Source: the human T2T-CHM13v2.0 reference genome, Homo sapiens. Taken from it: a stretch of DNA of 64,000 nucleotides. Location: assembly GCF_009914755.1 (NCBI RefSeq), contig NC_060948.1, one strand, 5' to 3'. The notes below the pieces were generated by a model, which was given only the letters and a program-made list of their open reading frames with translations, did not search any database and had not been told where the DNA came from. This document shows positions 42,701 through 57,338 of the stretch, one piece after another (positions within the stretch are counted from its first letter, which is position 1; every line of letters begins with the position of its first letter). The translations under genes and the position numbers were made by a program.

Positions 42701-45312
42701 AAAACTAAAAGGAAATAAATAAAAATAAAAACGTCATTTTGTCCATTATCCACATGAATTTTTAATTATGTTTAAAATAATATTTTGGTCCCTAGTGGTC
42801 TAGCTGAAACTTTAAAATGAGGTCATGTATATTGTCAAATTACTCATGTAACTACAGTGTTAGCTGAGATTCTTGTAGTTTTTGAAAACCAAATCTAATT
42901 GACATTTGTCATCAGATCTCATACTAATAGGGGCAGGGTAGTCTGTGTTATGCTGACTAATCTACACTAAATTAAAAATGAAATCAAATCTGCAAGAGAT
43001 GTTATAGTTACTACTACCAGTAAAGGCTGTTTTGTTTCCTGACTTCTGGAGGGTTTTGTTTCCCCAGTGTTGATGGCTGTGGCAGAAAGCCTTCCTGGTC
43101 CAAACTCAACCCTTATCATCACAGTATATACCTGTTCAGACATTAAGGGGAAAGAGCATCCAATCCTACTGCTTTCCTGCATTGGTTCCTATACAAAAGC
43201 AAATGTGCTGTGTTAGTGACTATCAAATATTCATATATTTGATCAAGGAAATTTGTGTTTCCAAAGTGTAAAACAAAAATATTACTATCAGATGTATCTT
43301 AATTATTTTAGTTAGAGGAAGTCTTGTTCTGTCACCAGGCTGAATCACACATCATTGTAGTCTCAGATTTTGGGCTCAGAGGATCCTCTAACATCAGCCT
43401 TCCAAAGTACTGAAATTACAGACTTGAGCCATTGTACCCAGCCTCAAGTTTAGAGATAAACGGTAATGAATATATCGTAAACCATATAAATAAACACAAC
43501 TGCAGTTTCTCTAGAGAGCTTAAGAAACCACTGAAAAACTGCCATTGTGGACAAGGCTGCTGGCAACAAGGTAATGCAAGGAAAGGAGTGGGTCCTTCCC
43601 CACTGAGTCTTCAGATGATACCAGAGGCCAGCTTGGTATTTCCACTGCAGCTTTTTGAGAGAACATGAAACATAGGTGTGTGCAGTTGTCCTTTGTTTGT
43701 TGTTGTTTGTGTGTGTGTGTGTAAGCATACATACATAAACAGGCTGAACAAACTAGGATCACCCACACAGTGGAATATATTGCAGCTTTTTGTAGATCTG
43801 GCAGAATTCATCCTGAATCTATCGGTTCCTGGATCTTTTTTTTTTTTTTTTTTTGGCTCTTGGTTACTTATTACCAGTGATTCCATTTTGGAAATTGAAA
43901 TTGGACAGGCTGGAGCTGAGACTGGGTCCACTTAGATTCTGTTGTGGAACAGAGAATGGCATGCCTGTAATTTTGGCTGTGATGGTTACTGGAAGGTCTC
44001 TGCACAGATGGGCTAATTGTCTGCTGCAGCATGAGGGCCAGGGGCTGACAATCAGCTCCCTTGACATCTGCAGTTGAACAGATCATTTAGAGCCTGGTCT
44101 CTGCTAAAAAAGTTGCATATTGCCCAAAAAGTTTCTCAAAGATTATATAGTTCCCTGACTAAAGTGGAAGGGCTGGAGCTGAGAGTGGGTCATCCCTATA
44201 GGGGACAGAGGCTGGAGAGTCTAAATCCAATTTTCTGCTGGAAAGAGCCTGGATAGACTATATTCATTAGCCCAGACAGGCACTTTCCCCAGCAGGGTAG
44301 TTGATTCCCAACAGCAGTGGGAGGGGCTGGAGCTGAGACTGGGATTCTCTGTTTCTGAATAAAGTCATGTGCTCTAGAGATTCTAATGCCCCAGTGATTT
44401 CCATTAGATATATCAGAAGTGATCTTCCTTCCAGGGGTACTAAGGCTTATTATATAAACTACTTGCCCACTGGGTCCAGGTAGGGCCAGAAACTTCATCC
44501 TTCACTACTAAATTGCCTCTGCTTTTCAGCCTGGGGATGGGTGGAGCACATAGGACTAGGATGGTCAAAAGTATAGCAGTTGGGAATGGGTGGGGTCACA
44601 TGACCCTTCTGTGGATAATCACCAAGCTGCCTCTTTGTCACAGCCTTGGAAGTTTTGCAGAGAAAACCAGGGTGGGATTTGGCAGTTGGCCAGTGACTTG
44701 AGCCTGGCAGACCCATCAACCATGGTTGGTTCCTGCAGAATGATGCTGTTGCCTAGTTTCTCTGATGGTGTACCTCTGCTGGTTGGAATATAAAACCACC
44801 AGTAAGATTACTGTTATGGTCCCTGTGAGCCCCATCCATGTACTTTGTTTCTAACTACCCCCTGTTGTCTCCCAATGTTACTCCCAATGTTTCCCACAGG
44901 ATAAGACTAGAGAGGACATCATGTGAAGAAATGCAAAATGGAAAATAAAAGGCTGAATGTACAATTTCAACACTCTCCTCTCCGAATAAACTGCGAGTCT
45001 GGGGAAATTTTTTCTATGCAACCCTGTGCTGGCTTGGGGAGGAGAAAAAGCGTCAAATTAAAACTGTTCTTTTATCCTATGTATGTGGCTATTCTCAGTT
45101 CTATGGTCGAAGAAGGTGTCACAGATTCAATCCCAAGTTATAGAATCATTCACTAAGGTGTCCTTATCTAAGGATAGTTGTGAGTTGAGTTGTTTTTGTT
45201 GTTGTTGTTGTTGTTGTTGTTTTTTTGTGGAGGGCATGGGAATTAGCAGAATCACAGAATTCCTATTCTGCCACATTGGATCCTAGAAACAGGCAAGTTA
45301 AAAGACTGTCAC

Positions 45313-45622
45313 AGGCTGAGCACAGTGGCTCATGCCTGTAACCCCAGCACTTTGGGAGGCCGAGGCAGGCATATCATGAGGTCAGGAGGCCAAGACCATC
45401 CTGGCTTACATGGTGAAATCCCTTCTCTACTAAACATACAAAAAAAAATTAGCCAGGCCTGGTAGCACATGCCTGCAGTCTCAGCTACTTGTAAGGTTGA
45501 GGCAGGAGCATCTCCTGAACCTTGGAGGTGGAAGTCAAAGTGAGTTTAGATCATGCCACTGCACCCCAACCTGGGTGACAGAGTGAGACTCAATCTCAAA
45601 AATAAATAAATAAATAAATAAA
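45313..45622 (+). mobile_element. Alu element
   Basis: Dimeric Alu, (AATA)n tail. Confidence 0.92.
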
Positions 45623-45822
45623 ACTGGTCCTAAGGGAGGAGTTTACAAGTTTCAGGTGCTTCCATGGAGAAGCTGAAAGCTAGAGCGAGCCAAGGGTTGG
45701 ACTTAAGGAAGACCTCACGGGACCATTGAAAACCACCTCTTTGTCCTCTATGGAACACAGGAAATAGTGAATGCGGAGCTCCACTGTTTACTGATATAGG
45801 CAAGTTATCAGCCAGAGAAATA

Positions 45823-46259
45823 TGTCTTAGTCTGTTTGTGTTCCTATGAAAGAATATGAGCCTGGAAAATTCATAAAGAAAAGAGCTTTCATTGGCTCCT
45901 AGTTCTGCAGGCTGTAAAAGATGTGTGGTGCCAGCATCTGCATATAGTGAGGGGCTCATGAGGCTTCCACTCAGGACAAAAGGTAAAAGGAAAACAGGCA
46001 TGTCACATGTGGAGAGAGCAAGAGAGACAAGGGGAGAAGGTATCAGGCTCTTTTCAACAAACTATTTGGAATGAAAAGCTGCATTATGAAAACTAATACA
46101 GCAGAAAACTCACTTATTAGCCATGGCAAAGGTGCCAAGCCATTTATAAGGGATCCAGCCCCATGACACAAACACACACCTCCCACTAGCTGCCATTTAC
46201 AGACTGGAGGACCACATTTCAGCCTGAGGCTTGGAGGGACAAATGTCCAAACTGTATCA
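45823..46259 (-). mobile_element. MST (MaLR) solo LTR
   Basis: tgtcttagtctgtttgtg...gttctgcaggctgt...ggagggacaaatgtccaaactgtatca; TG...CA ends. Confidence 0.85.
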
Positions 46260-46518
46260 ACAGGCAAGTTTAAAAATCACGCAGAGTTATCGTAAAACAA
46301 TCATTTTTCCTCTTTAGACTCCTGGGACTACAAAAAGCTGGGCTTCATTAGCTTCCAGAGATTGGCAAGTTAGTATTGGAACACTTAGGCAGCAAACTGA
46401 GAAGTCAGGGCCACAGTTGGGTAGTTTGACTTCTTGGAAGGAAAATTTAGAAGCTCAGTATATTGCTAGAGTGAGTGATGATGAAGACCGATGAGAAATG
46501 CCTGTTTGCCTGCTCTCA

Positions 46519-46895
<377 letters not shown>

Positions 46896-47431
46896 GTCAA
46901 GGCATTAGATTTACAATCTAAGTTCTTCGAGGTACAAAGTGAGAGCTGAGCTTCATTGACTGCTTGAGATCCAGTAAGCCAGGAGGAAAGTTTCGGGAGG
47001 GCTTGAATGTCTACTTAAATCTCTCTTTTATCTTGGGAGGTCTTAGGAGAGTTATGAATGCCAGTCTGTGTTAGAATCCAGAGATAGGCAAGTTAGGAAT
47101 CATTTCATTGAGAAGCATCTGTAAGAGTTGGGGCATTACATATGTGGATTAATACTTCAGTCCTCTGAGAGAAGCTGTGAATTAACAGTTCCCTATGGAT
47201 TCTAGGGCACTGTGTCAGACATGAACTCTAGAACAAAACCATGCTTCAGTTTTTCTTATGTCTTTTAAGTGAGTATTTTCATAATCCTATGTGCAAGAGT
47301 ATCACAACTAGTTTCTGAGTTTATCTCATAGGGAATTAATGTGGGTGTGGCTTTTTATTTATTGCATTTGTGGATGGAGGAACAAATTAGAGCCTCCTAT
47401 TTTGTCCCTACCACACACACACATACACAAA

Positions 47432-48700
47432 AGCTGGGCACGGTGGTGTGTGTCTGTAATTCCAGCTACTTGGGAGGCTGAAATGGAAGGCTCACACATT
47501 TGAACCCAGGAGTTCAAGGCTAGCGTGCTACAGTGATGGAACTGCAGTCCAGGCAGGACAACAGAGTGAGACCCTGCCTCTAAAAATGAAAAAAAGAAAT
47601 AAGTGCTTGAACTGAAGGATACCCTATTTAATATTTACATGTTTGTTGATTTATATAATTATTTTTGAATTGGAGTCATGCTCTGTCACCCAGGCTAAAG
47701 TGCATCGCACAATATTGGCTCACTGCAGCCTCAGCCTCCCAGGTTCAGATGATTCTCCTGCCTGAGCCTCCCAATTAACTGATACACATGAAAGGCCTGC
47801 ACCAATGCGGCCGGCTAATTTTTGTATTTTTGGTAGAGATGGAGTTTCATGGTTTTGGCCAGCCTGGTTTTCAACTCCTGACCTAAAAGGATCTGCAAGC
47901 CTCTGCCTTCCCAAGTGTTAGAATTAAAGACCTGAGCCATCACACTTGGACAGTAAGATACACAAGACTAGGGAGTTTTATCTTTTCACTCCATCCTCAC
48001 AATGTTACATTATAGGTAATGAAAACACAACTTCATAACATGAATAACTCACTTGAAAATCAAAGTTTGTAACTTCTCCCTTTAAAATTATTTGCACCCT
48101 TACCCTATAAAAATGATGATCTTGTCAAGAAAATACTTCCTCCTTGCAGATTGGTCTGTCAATTGTAAGAATTATGGACCGTAAAACTTTTGGAACTTCA
48201 TGTATTTTATTTCTTTAGGTTGTATAATCAGGAAAATTAATTGGTTTAGTTATTTAGGTCCAAATCTTTTTATTTTTATCATTTGATGATTTGTTAAACC
48301 TTTAAGCAACTCCATCTTAAACTTTATGCTGTTGTTTATGTTTTATACACTTCACTTTAACAATAGTATGAGGTTTAAAGCATTTCCATTCATATCATCA
48401 ATTAAATCTGATAGGCTGAGATCAGTGGCTCATGCCTGTAATTGTAGCACTTTGGGAGTCTGAGGAAGGTGGATCAGGATTTTAAGAACAGCCTGGCAAA
48501 CATGGTGAGACGCTGTCAGTAATAAAAACACAAAAAGTTAGCCGGCTGTGGTGCACACATGTCTAATACCAGTTACTCAGGATGCTGAGGCAAGAGAATA
48601 GCTTGGACCCAGAAGGTGGAGTCTGCAGTAAGCCAAGATGGAGCCACTGCACCCCAGCTTGGGTGACAAAGCTACACTCCATCTCAAAAAAAAAAAAAAA
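47432..48700. mobile_element. Alu cluster (monomer + 47432-47600; Alu - ~47665-47950; Alu + ~48412-48700)
   Basis: Alu consensus blocks. Confidence 0.88.
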
Positions 48701-50659
48701 AATTGAAAACATCCCAACCATTCTAGATTATTCCTATTTGTAAGAACTTATTACTAAACCATTACTTGCAACAACCATTGTCAAAACTTACAACAAAAAA
48801 TTAACATGAGTACGTCCCAAGACAAAACACTTACTTTTCAGTATTTAAATTAGGAACATTTAATTTCATTATGCTATGTATGCACTTGAGAAACTTAGCT
48901 GGTTCACTATTGATTTAGGTAAAAAGAAATAAATTCATTACTATTATCCCCCTTCAGTCACAAAATGCTTCAAGTAGAATGTTCTGGATGTCTTAAACTT
49001 TAGTATCAACCACATGTAATTATTTCCTTTCACCTGTACTATTCCTCTAATAAATAAACATTTTAGTGTGAGGCAGATAGTTTTGCAGCCTTTCTGAAGA
49101 TTTCTCAAACATTTTAACCTTGTAAGTTTTTGAAGAGAAACAGCATAATTAGAAAACTTGTGCAGCTTGCAAGGGAGATGTAACATATGCCTAATTTTGT
49201 ATCTATTTATTTGAAAGAAACAAAGAAAAACGTTCAGCAAACACCACAATTTACTCTCCTATTGAATTTGTTTTTAAGCATGTGCAGCTAAGCAATAACA
49301 TCAGGTATTTTGCAGTACATGTAAAATTTTATTAGAAAATTTTAATGTAGATATGACATCTAAACAGATAGTTTTCAAATAGCATTAACCAGTAAAAAAT
49401 TACTTGGAAAAAAATTCCTTTTCCTTTGAATAACTCAAAAAATTCATGGAGTAAGTCAGTATCGACCTCTCTCCACAAAACCAGTATGTTTCTTTTAGTA
49501 ATATGCAAGTAACAATGAAAAAAGAACATTTCAATTTTTGATTTGCAAACAAGGTTTGGTATGCAATAACTATTATTTTGAATACTTGCTTTAATATGTG
49601 CTTCAGTCTCCTTTATCATACTGACTTTCCCCACCATCTCCTGTAGATGCCACATAACTTCAGCTACCATATGCTTCATGAGGAGCAGGTACACCCTATC
49701 GAGGGAAGATGGATTTCTTTCGTCTTTTCTGCCAATGTGCTCATGACCACAGGAATAAAAATCACCACAGCCCTTTGAGTAACTCTCCCGACTTCTGCCA
49801 TATCTATCTCATATATTGTTATAATCATAGTGGCTGCTTCTACCATAAGACACTTTAGGCCCTCGTGCAGGTGGTGCACCATGAGAGGTCCCTGCAGGGT
49901 TGGTAAAATAATATGTTGGACTACATTTAAACATTTTTACTGCCATCACTAAAGCATGAATTAGTTAAAGTACTATCTGGAAATATCTGCTTTCCTCTGC
50001 CTTTGTTGAAAGGATATTAATTATGCCTGCAATAGTCAGAAGGTTTTATTTAAAAGAAGTGTAAGGGTAGCATTTTGAAGCTTAACAAATTTATTTCTAA
50101 ACTAAACATTGAGTCTCATTTTCTGAATGTGAAGTTTTCAACTTCATATCGTTCCCATGCTTTATACTGTTAAGAATACTCCATATTTAAACATGTTATG
50201 TTTGTCCTTTATAATTTTCCTTTGAATTTCATTAAAATAATGCTCTGATCTATGAAATAAAATTGTAAAATTTACAAATCCATCCTGGACCCTTACCATA
50301 TCTCTGAAATGCATCTCTGTAAGAACTTCCACTTGTATGTTCAGAATAATCTCTACCATAGGCCTCACAGTAGCCATCACGGTAACTAAATTGAAAAAAA
50401 AAAAGGTTTTTTAATGTCAGAATGAACAATTTAAGAAATCTATTAGATAAATCCAGAAAAAGTTACAGTACCTATATCCTCTAGAGGAATGTTCATCCTG
50501 AATAGAATGACCATAATCACGATATGCATAGTCTCTAGGTGGTGGAGCATAATCCCTGGTTTCTCCGGAACTTGGATGATTTCTGTGTGCATAAATTTAA
50601 GCAATAAATTTTAAATTTTCAACTTCTAGTATCCAAACCATAACTATTATAACTTAAAC

Positions 50660-51420
50660 AAAATTAAAAGGCCAAACATCTAAATAGATATTTCTCCAAA
50701 TAAAATAGGCAAATGCCCAAAAAGCACATGGAACAGATACTCACATTCAGTGATTCAGAAAATAACTTCAAATCGAAAATGAGATATCATACTTCACACA
50801 CACATTGGAATGGCAATATATTTTAAAAGCAGGAAATAACAAGTGTTTGAGAGGATATAGATAAATTGGAACCCTGATACAATGATAGTTGGAATAGAAA
50901 ATGATGCAGCTACTATGGAGAAATGTGGTGGTTCCTCAAGAAAACAAACATAATTATCATAGGACCAAGCAATTCCACTTGTATAAACATCCAGAATTGA
51001 ATAAGCATACTCAAACAAATATTGGTGCATAGAAACACTGTGGTGGAAGCAACCCAAAGAAAATAATGAGTTAACAGCTTGTGGAAGGAGTGAAGTGCTA
51101 TGATGTAAATGAACCTTCAGGACATCATGCAAAAGCAAGAAGACAGATACAAAAAGTCGTGTAGTATTTGAGCCCATTAACATTAAATGCCCACAACAGG
51201 TAAGTTCAAAGGCAGAACACAGATTGGTGTTTGCTAGCAGCTGAGGGAACGGAGAAAATGAAAGGGACTGCTTAACTGGTAGTTGGAATTTTAGTTTGGT
51301 GTGATAAAAAAATGTTTTGGAACTTGATGGAGGTAGTTGCTGCACAACACAGAATGTATTTAACTCCACTTAACTGTTTACCTTATAATATTTAATTTTG
51401 TTATATGAATTTCATCACCA
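50660..51420 (+). mobile_element. Old L1M 3' end in an RBMY intron
   Basis: aaatagatatttctccaaa...tacttcacacacacattggaatggcaat...aataacaagtgtttgagagga. Confidence 0.75.
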
Positions 51421-53699
51421 CATCAAAAAAAATCAACTGCTTTTAAAAATTTTTTCCTTTATCCTTAGTTGCATAACCATCATCTCTGGGTGACATATGG
51501 CCATTTCTCCAAGAAGAGAATGGCTCTCTGTGTGGAGGACCTCCATAATTCTCTCTTCCACGTGATACAGGACCTTTAATATTAAAATGATGGACCACTA
51601 TGTATAGAAAACCAAACCTGAAACACTATTTTCTCTTCTCTCAAACAACTTTTTACACTTATTTCTTCTATGACTCCATTCTTCGTTCCCTAAATTACTA
51701 AACAGTCATAACACTGTGAATATTTCTTACAGCTTTGGATAATCCCATGGCTCCTGCAAAGCCAGTTCTTCTAATGAAGCTGAAGCCCAACATTAATTCT
51801 TAGATAAAAGTTCATTTGTAATGGTTAATAACTACTTAGTTATTATTCTCATTTTCATATGAATTACTGATGACTACTAATGACACAGGGAACACATGTA
51901 AAGCCATCAAACTCATCAAACATCTTCAAAATGTAAAATACATTTTAAAAATGTATTTTAAAGTTTACATACATTGTCCTTTCTCAGCTGAAGAAGGTAA
52001 ATTTTCCTATGTTGTTCAATCCATCTCACACACACAAATACTGATACCTTTGAACGACTGCATGCTAAATGTTTACATAAAAGTTCTCCTTTATCTCTGA
52101 GTGGTTGCATCTATCCTAAATGTTGACAAATTAAAATGTACTAGTGAAGATTTTCTGAAGATGGCCAACATTTACTTTTACTGCAATAAACAGTACTATT
52201 AAAGGGGTCATTACAACATTGTTGCTATTTCAAAATAGAAAAGGTTCTCCTTTAATATATTATTCACGTGCTACTCATTAGAGGTCAGTGTTTTGCCTAT
52301 GATATGTTCACTGGCTAATTTTCAAATGAAAATGTGTTGCCTTGTGTATCCTGAAGTCCATAAATACCTAACTTCACCAATACTCTACATATCAAATGTA
52401 AAATTGAAAATGGCAGTTTTCAATTTCCTCCATATTAGGGTGGAGGACTAAGTAAGAATTTTAATTTGTTCTGCTTAAACTTCTTGGTTAAGAACTTTTA
52501 TTTATTATCTTGCTTTCTTCTCTTCAGTCTGCAATCTTACAATTCTCCTTCTAAAAAATATTACTTTTATACAATCCTAGTGGTTACCTCATGTTGCTTA
52601 GTTCTAAATTCTCTCCTCAAATAAATTCAAATCTTACAGTAAGGATCTTGTGTTAATGTTTAAACATCCTGGTATGATCTCAATTATTGATTTACATCTC
52701 CTTATATTTCACAACTCTGCACTTCTGTGATATCCACTTAATTTAAGAATATTGGACTCCTTCATGTCTACCTTTAAAGCCTTAAATTTATTTTTTAATA
52801 ATATTTAAGCCCAGTGACTCCTTGTCTGCTAAGTCCTCATGTAGTTCTTTTGAATCTTCATATAAGCAGTAAGAATGACTTGCACATAAGCATTATTGAG
52901 GTCTCAGAAGCTGGAAGGCCAGGCTCAGCAGCTCACACTGTGAGCCACTGTAGAAGGCTGAGTCAGCTGTACTGCTTGAGGCCCGGGCTTTAATGTCAGT
53001 TTTGACAATGTAGTGAGATCCTATCTCTACAAAAATATAGGGAAAATAATTTAGCTAGTTGTGGTGGTGCATGCCTGTAGTTGCAGAAACTTGGGAGGCT
53101 GAAACAGGAAAATTGCTTGAGCCCAGGAATTTGAGGCTGTAATAGGCCTTCATCTTACCAATAAACTCTGACATGGTAAGGGCAAGACTCCAACCCGACA
53201 TAGAAGCTGAACAAGCAATTTTTAGATTGGGACACCAGGGGACCATTACCAGGGGACACTAGGAAATGGAAGAATTCATTAGATGAAGAAGCATACCATC
53301 AAAGAATACTGCTTGCTAAGAACTTTCAGAAAAATTAAAGGGAATTTTCTAGCAAACACAGGATTAAAAGGAATGTTGGCCTCACTCTAATCACTTCTTT
53401 GATCGGCAATGAGAAGCTCCAGTATTTCTTCACCATAAATCTGAAATGTATCTAGTGAGACAGAAACTATAATAAAAGCTATCGATCAGTAATTATGCCC
53501 ATGTATGTGTTACTTCTCTTTTGTTCAATGAAGTTAAAGTTAAGCACCCAGTTAAAAAAGCTCATTCTTAGTTGTACAAAAAAAATGGTCTTTCTATCAC
53601 GTAGCATTTACCTTGGCCTCCCATACCACTGTTGCTTCTTGCCACAGCAGAAGGAACAGATTTCTTAGGAGGAAGACCTCCACGTCTTGAAGATGGAAC

Positions 53700-56600
53700 T
53701 TTTTAGCTGGAATGGGTCCCCTAGGAGAACACAAGTTAAGATCAAGAGTGCATCCACCATCATCTGTATTTCAAACAAAATATTTTTAGTTAACTAACAT
53801 CACTGTTTCTTAAATGGCTAAGTTTTAGTTGTATATAAAGATTTTCTACATATTATAATCTTACAGATTCACATTTGTCTAAACTAATAAAATTAACATT
53901 TCTATATGAAATTAGTACAATTCAATCAATAAAAGTCCATTTAGAATATCTAGAAAGAAACTCAAGAATCATAATACATTTGTGTGAGAGATGTGGAAAA
54001 GTGGGGAGTGAACAGGGAGCACAAATATATCAATAAAATCATTAAGTATAATATACACAAAAATATTAAAAGAAAAATGATAAATGACTGTTTATATCAT
54101 TGTTATGATGAAAAACTTTCAAAGTATATCATAAAGATAAACTAAATTCCATTCAAAGAAACTGAAATATTTGCAATATCAAAATGTGACACATCAGGAA
54201 AATACATTATCTCTAAAATTTGTTAAGATAATATAGAATTCTTACAATTCCTTTATGAGACACTAATTTTCAGATTAGACTACGCTAAATTTTAATAATC
54301 TTTAAGAATTGCATATAAAAACGTTTTCATATATCTACAAAAAATGTAGATATAAGCCAATTGCCAGGTGGTGTTACAGGTTAGAATACACACATTCTCA
54401 TACATGGCAGAGTATTATTGAACCTCACCCTCAAGATCAATGGAGACAAAATAACCAAGAAGCTATGCATTTTAAAATGGAACAAACACTGCAATTTCAA
54501 CTTTAAAAAAAATCTCCAATTAATTACACATCTGGTTATTAAAACTCCAAGTTAAATGTTAGATTTTTGAAGGCTGGTTAATAGATAATACAAGTTAACC
54601 ATAGGTTTATTTATTTATTTATTTGTTTGTTTATCGAGATGGACTCTTGCCCTATTGCCCAGGCTGGAGTGCAATGGTGTGATCTTAGCTCACTGAAGCT
54701 TCTGCCTCCCAGGTTCCAGTGATTCCTCTGCCTCAGCCTCCCGAGTATCTGGGATTACAGGTGCATGCCACCACGCCAGGCTAATTATTTGTATCTTTAG
54801 CAAAGACAGGGTTTCACCATGTTTGCCAGGCTAGTGTGGAACTCCTGACCTCATGGTCCACCTGTCCCGTATTCCCCAAGTGCTGTGATGACAGGCGTGA
54901 GCCACCTTGCCCAGCCCATCCAATAGTTTTTTTTTTTAATAATACATGTTTTTTATGTAAATATTGGCCCCTCATTTCTATTGTGTAAATCACTCATAAT
55001 TATCATATGATAAATTATCATAATTATCACTGAAAAATTTTCAGTGACTCATCCTCCAGCAAAGAAAGATACATAGATATCTGTGAAGCAGTTGTTTTTA
55101 GAACTTTCCAGAGCCACAGACTCTTCAGAAATTAAAGTTCTACATTTCTTAAATTGAAAATGCTTTATGGCAGGCCAATGTACAAACTCTACGTATCAAA
55201 ATTACAAAGCAATAGATTTGCATAGATGTTTGCACATGTATACACACAAAAAAAATTGAAAAATAAATCTTAAGTACTGAGTTACTTTTTTCCTGTTGGA
55301 AAGTTTTAAATATTCCGTTGTATTTTGATAATACAACTGATATGAAGTTCTGGGCCCCAAAGTAGAAAACTCTAAAGTATAATGAATATAAATCAGTTCT
55401 GCAGAAAACCAGTTGAGTACAGGCAGTCAGCATTCATAAAACTCAATTCAGTTTGAAATCTGCGCTATTTCAATGCAAAGTTATTATAATTTTAAAACAA
55501 ATTTTAGATATTAGTTCAATCATTCTTTTAACTGGAATGAGTCCCCTAGAATAACTCATCTTGAGATCAGGAGTGTATCCACCATCATCTATATTTCAAA
55601 CAAGATCTTTTTAGTTAGCTAACATCACTGTTTCTTAAATGGCTAAGTTTTACTTGTTTACAAATATTTTCTACATTTTATAACAAATTCACATTTTGTC
55701 TAAACTAATAAAATTAGCATTCCTACATGGTATTAGTACACTTCAAGCAATAAAAGTTCACTTAGAAAATCTAGAAAGAAACTCAAGTATCATAATATAT
55801 TGGTATGAGAGAGAGATGTGGGAAAATGGGGAGTGAACGGGGGCAGAAATCTATCACTGAAATATCTAAATATAATATGTATAAAAATATTAAAAGAAAA
55901 ATGATAAATGACTGTTTATATCATTCTGTAATGAGGAAAAATTTTCAAAGCACATCATAAACTAATTTCCATTCAAAGAAACTCAAATATTTCCAATACC
56001 AAGAAGTGACATATCAGGAAAATACATTGTCTCTAAAATGTGTTAACACAACATAGAATTTTTAAAATTCCCTTATGAGACACTAATTTTCAGATTAGAC
56101 TATGCTGAATTTTAACAGTTTTTAAGAATTGCATATTCGGTAATATAAAAATATTTTTATACATCTACAAAAACGTAGATATATGCCAATTGCCAGGTGG
56201 TGTTACAGGTTAGAATTTATATATACATTCTCATCCGCGGCAGAGTATAATTGAACCTCACCCTCAAGATCAGTGGAGACAAAACAGCCATGAAGCTATG
56301 CATCTTAAAATGGAGCAAACACTGCAATTTCAACTTGAAAAAAATCTCCAATTAACTACACGTCTCGTTATTAAAACTCCAAGTTAATTGTTAGAGTTTT
56401 GAAGGTTGGTTAATAGATAATACAAGTTAATCAACAGGTTTATTGATTTATTTATTCAGATGGACTCTTGCCCTATCACGCAGGCTGGAGTACCATGGCA
56501 TAACCTTGGCTCACTGCAGCTTCTGCCTCCCAGGTTCCTGTGATTCTCCTGCCTCAGCCTCCTGAGTAGCTGGGATTACAGGTGCACACCACCACGCCCA

Positions 56601-57338
56601 GGCAAATTTTTTTGTACCTTTAGGAGAGACAGGGTTTCACCATGTTGGCCAGGCTGGTCTGGAACTCCTGACCTCGTGGTCCACCTGCCCTGTACTCCCC
56701 AGGTGCTGAGGTGACAGGCGTGAGCCACCTCGCACAGCCCATCCAATAGTTTTTTCTTTTTCTTTTTTTTTAAATATATGGTTTGTTTTTCTTTTATATG
56801 TAAAAATAGACCCTCATTTCTATTAAGCGAATCACTCATAAATATCATTTTCAGTGACTCAGCCTCCAGCAAAGAAAGATACATACATATCTGTGAAGCA
56901 GTGGTTTTTAGACCTTTCCAGAGTCACAGACTTTTTTCAGAAATTAAAGTTCTACATTTCTTAAATTGAAAATGCTTTATGGCAGGCCAATGTACAAACT
57001 CTCTGTATCAAAATTACAAAGTAATACATTTGCATAGATGTTTGCACATGTATACACAAGAAAACAAATACTGCAAAATCAATCTTAAGTATTGAGTTCC
57101 TTTTTCCTGTTGGAAAATTTTAAATATGACATCGTACTTTGATAATACAACTGACATGAAGTTCTGGGCCCTAAAGTAGAAAACTCTAAAGTATAATGAA
57201 TATAAATGAGTTCTGCAGAAAATTGGTTGAGTACAGGCAATCAGCATTCATAAACACAACTCAGTTTGAAATGTGTGTTACTTCAATGCAAACTTATTAT
57301 AATTTTAAAACAAATTTAAGTATTAGTTCAATGATTCT
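53700..57338. repeat. Diverged tandem duplication (~1.8 kb x2) of RBMY intron 4 and the start of exon 5, each copy carrying the same Alu
   Basis: 53700-55523 and 55524-57338 are colinear, e.g. caattgccaggtggtgttacaggttagaat at ~54358 and ~56187; Alus at ~54630-54915 and ~56455-56738. Confidence 0.93.

Noticed and set aside
42305-42753. 131-aa ORFs rich in PSFL/LPSF
   Set aside because: Translations of the GGAA microsatellite
50794-51369. 191-aa minus-strand ORF
   Set aside because: Antisense to an old L1 3' end within an RBMY intron; no protein-like features
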